64,000 bases of DNA from Azolla caroliniana (Eukaryota > Plantae > Polypodiophyta): the NCBI GenBank assembly GCA_043228905.1, contig JBHGNT010000016.1, positions 7,192,001 through 7,256,000 of the forward strand, written 5' to 3'. The notes below the pieces were generated by a model, which did no database searches, had not been told where the DNA came from, and saw only the letters and a program-made list of their open reading frames with translations. Position numbers and translations under genes: made by a program. Positions 62,737-64,000 of the stretch are shown piece by piece (within the stretch, counting starts at the first letter, position 1; each line of letters begins with the position of its first letter).

Positions 62737-64000
62737 TGTTGGATAGTTCAGTGCTCAAGACAGAAAGGAAGGGGGAAGGAGGCTTACCTCTGTGTAGCAA
62801 ACAAAAAAGCTTCTTCTATTTCATTACACGCAGAGCTCAACTCGCTCTGTCAGTTTTTTGTTTTTTGTTCTTACAACTACTCTCACTTACAATTTACTAT
62901 TCTTAGTTTTTACCTAAGTATATAAGTGACTTATATATGTAGCTAATTAGTTGTTAGTAGCTAAATAGTTGTGCATAGCTAAATAGTTGTTTCACTTTTA
63001 TGTCCACTAGTAGCTAATTAGCTAATTAGCTACTATAGCTTATTTCTCAATAAGCATCACATACCTTTGTTGAGATTGCTTCTCAACATTCCCCCTCAAG
63101 CTCAACTTATCCTTTCTTGGGATCATGTTCAATATTCTTTTCTTCATGCTTTTCAGCTACCATGCCGATGGTTATAACTCCCATCATGTCTCTAAACTGT
63201 GTATGTTTTTCCATGCTCAATCCGTTCGTAAGAATATCAGCCACTTGCTGATTTGTACTTACATACAACAGATCCACTTCTCTATCAATCACTTTTTCTC
63301 TAACAAAGTGATAATGCACTTCAATGTGCTTTGTTCTTGCATGGAACACTGGGTTTTTTGCTAGCTGAATGCTGCTCATATTGTCACACCAACTTGTGAT
63401 TGCACCATCTATATACTCTCCCAAATCAGAAAGCGATCTTTTGATCCATACCTCTTCACAGGTGGCTATTGCAGCTCCTCTATATTCAACTTCAGTACTT
63501 GATAGTGCAACAATAGCTTGTTTCTTGCTACTCCATGGAATAATTGCACTTCCCAATGTAAGCATATATCCACTTGTGGATCTTCTATCAGTTTGGCTTC
63601 CATTCCAATCAACATTTGTATATCCTTCCAACTTTATGTCCAGATCAACCCTGTAAAACAATCCCTAATTTTGAGTAGCTTTTACATACCATGAGGCTGC
63701 CCGCCATAGAACTGTACATGTTTACATCTTCTATTTTGGCTCCCAAATCAGCCCTCAATTTGTAGTTCTTATCTAGTGGTATACCAATAGGTTTGCATCC
63801 AAGCATACCATACTTCTTTAACATAGTTGTTGCATACTGTTTTTGCAACATATATATACCACTTTCAATTCTGATCATCTCAATGCCAAGAAAGTATCTC
63901 AGCTCTCCCAAATCCTTCATATGAAATTGCAATTCAAGATTTTTTTTCAACTTGCTTATTTCATCCATAGAATCACCTTCAATGATTAAATCATCAACAT
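62737..64000 (-). mobile_element. Copia E: 3' LTR (62737-63088), PPT and degenerate RT/RNase H, running off the window
   Basis: tgttgg...ctcaaca ends followed by PPT revcomp ttccccctcaag. Minus-strand VDDLII...MKDLGELRYFLGIE (63645-64000) and RNase H RRSTSGY...WSSKKQ...KHIEVHYHF (63107-63661), with frameshift/deletion. Confidence 0.8.

Noticed and set aside
62570-62800. Possible extra (env-like) ORF 3' of pol
   Set aside because: Short, has no TM segment and crosses the inferred D/E junction at 62737.

Overview
Eukaryotic land-plant genomic DNA, most likely a fern or other seed-free plant (inferred from the PLS-PPR style, TE-filled introns and microsatellite density). Four host genes are present. 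(1) The 3' part of a spliced gene (7 exons, + strand, ends at 9530) that encodes a C-terminal FERM domain and is almost invisible in the ORF track. (2) A PLS-E pentatricopeptide gene without DYW (- strand). (3) An 8-exon TBC/Rab-GAP gene (+ strand) with a probable GC-AG first intron. (4) A 4-exon NPF/PTR transporter of NPF7 type lacking ExxER (- strand). The rest is mostly transposable elements: a full-length defective Ty1/copia element (15206-21013, TSD TATCA) inside a LINE remnant, a solo LTR, LINE fragments, tRNA-derived SINE-like repeats and MITE-like elements. The right end is a nested pile in which a MULE/SWIM transposase is interrupted by copia D, which carries copia C (itself carrying an intact copia B with identical LTRs) and copia E. 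The most novel-looking item is the protein ending in a FERM domain. All identifications are by eye; no database search was run.
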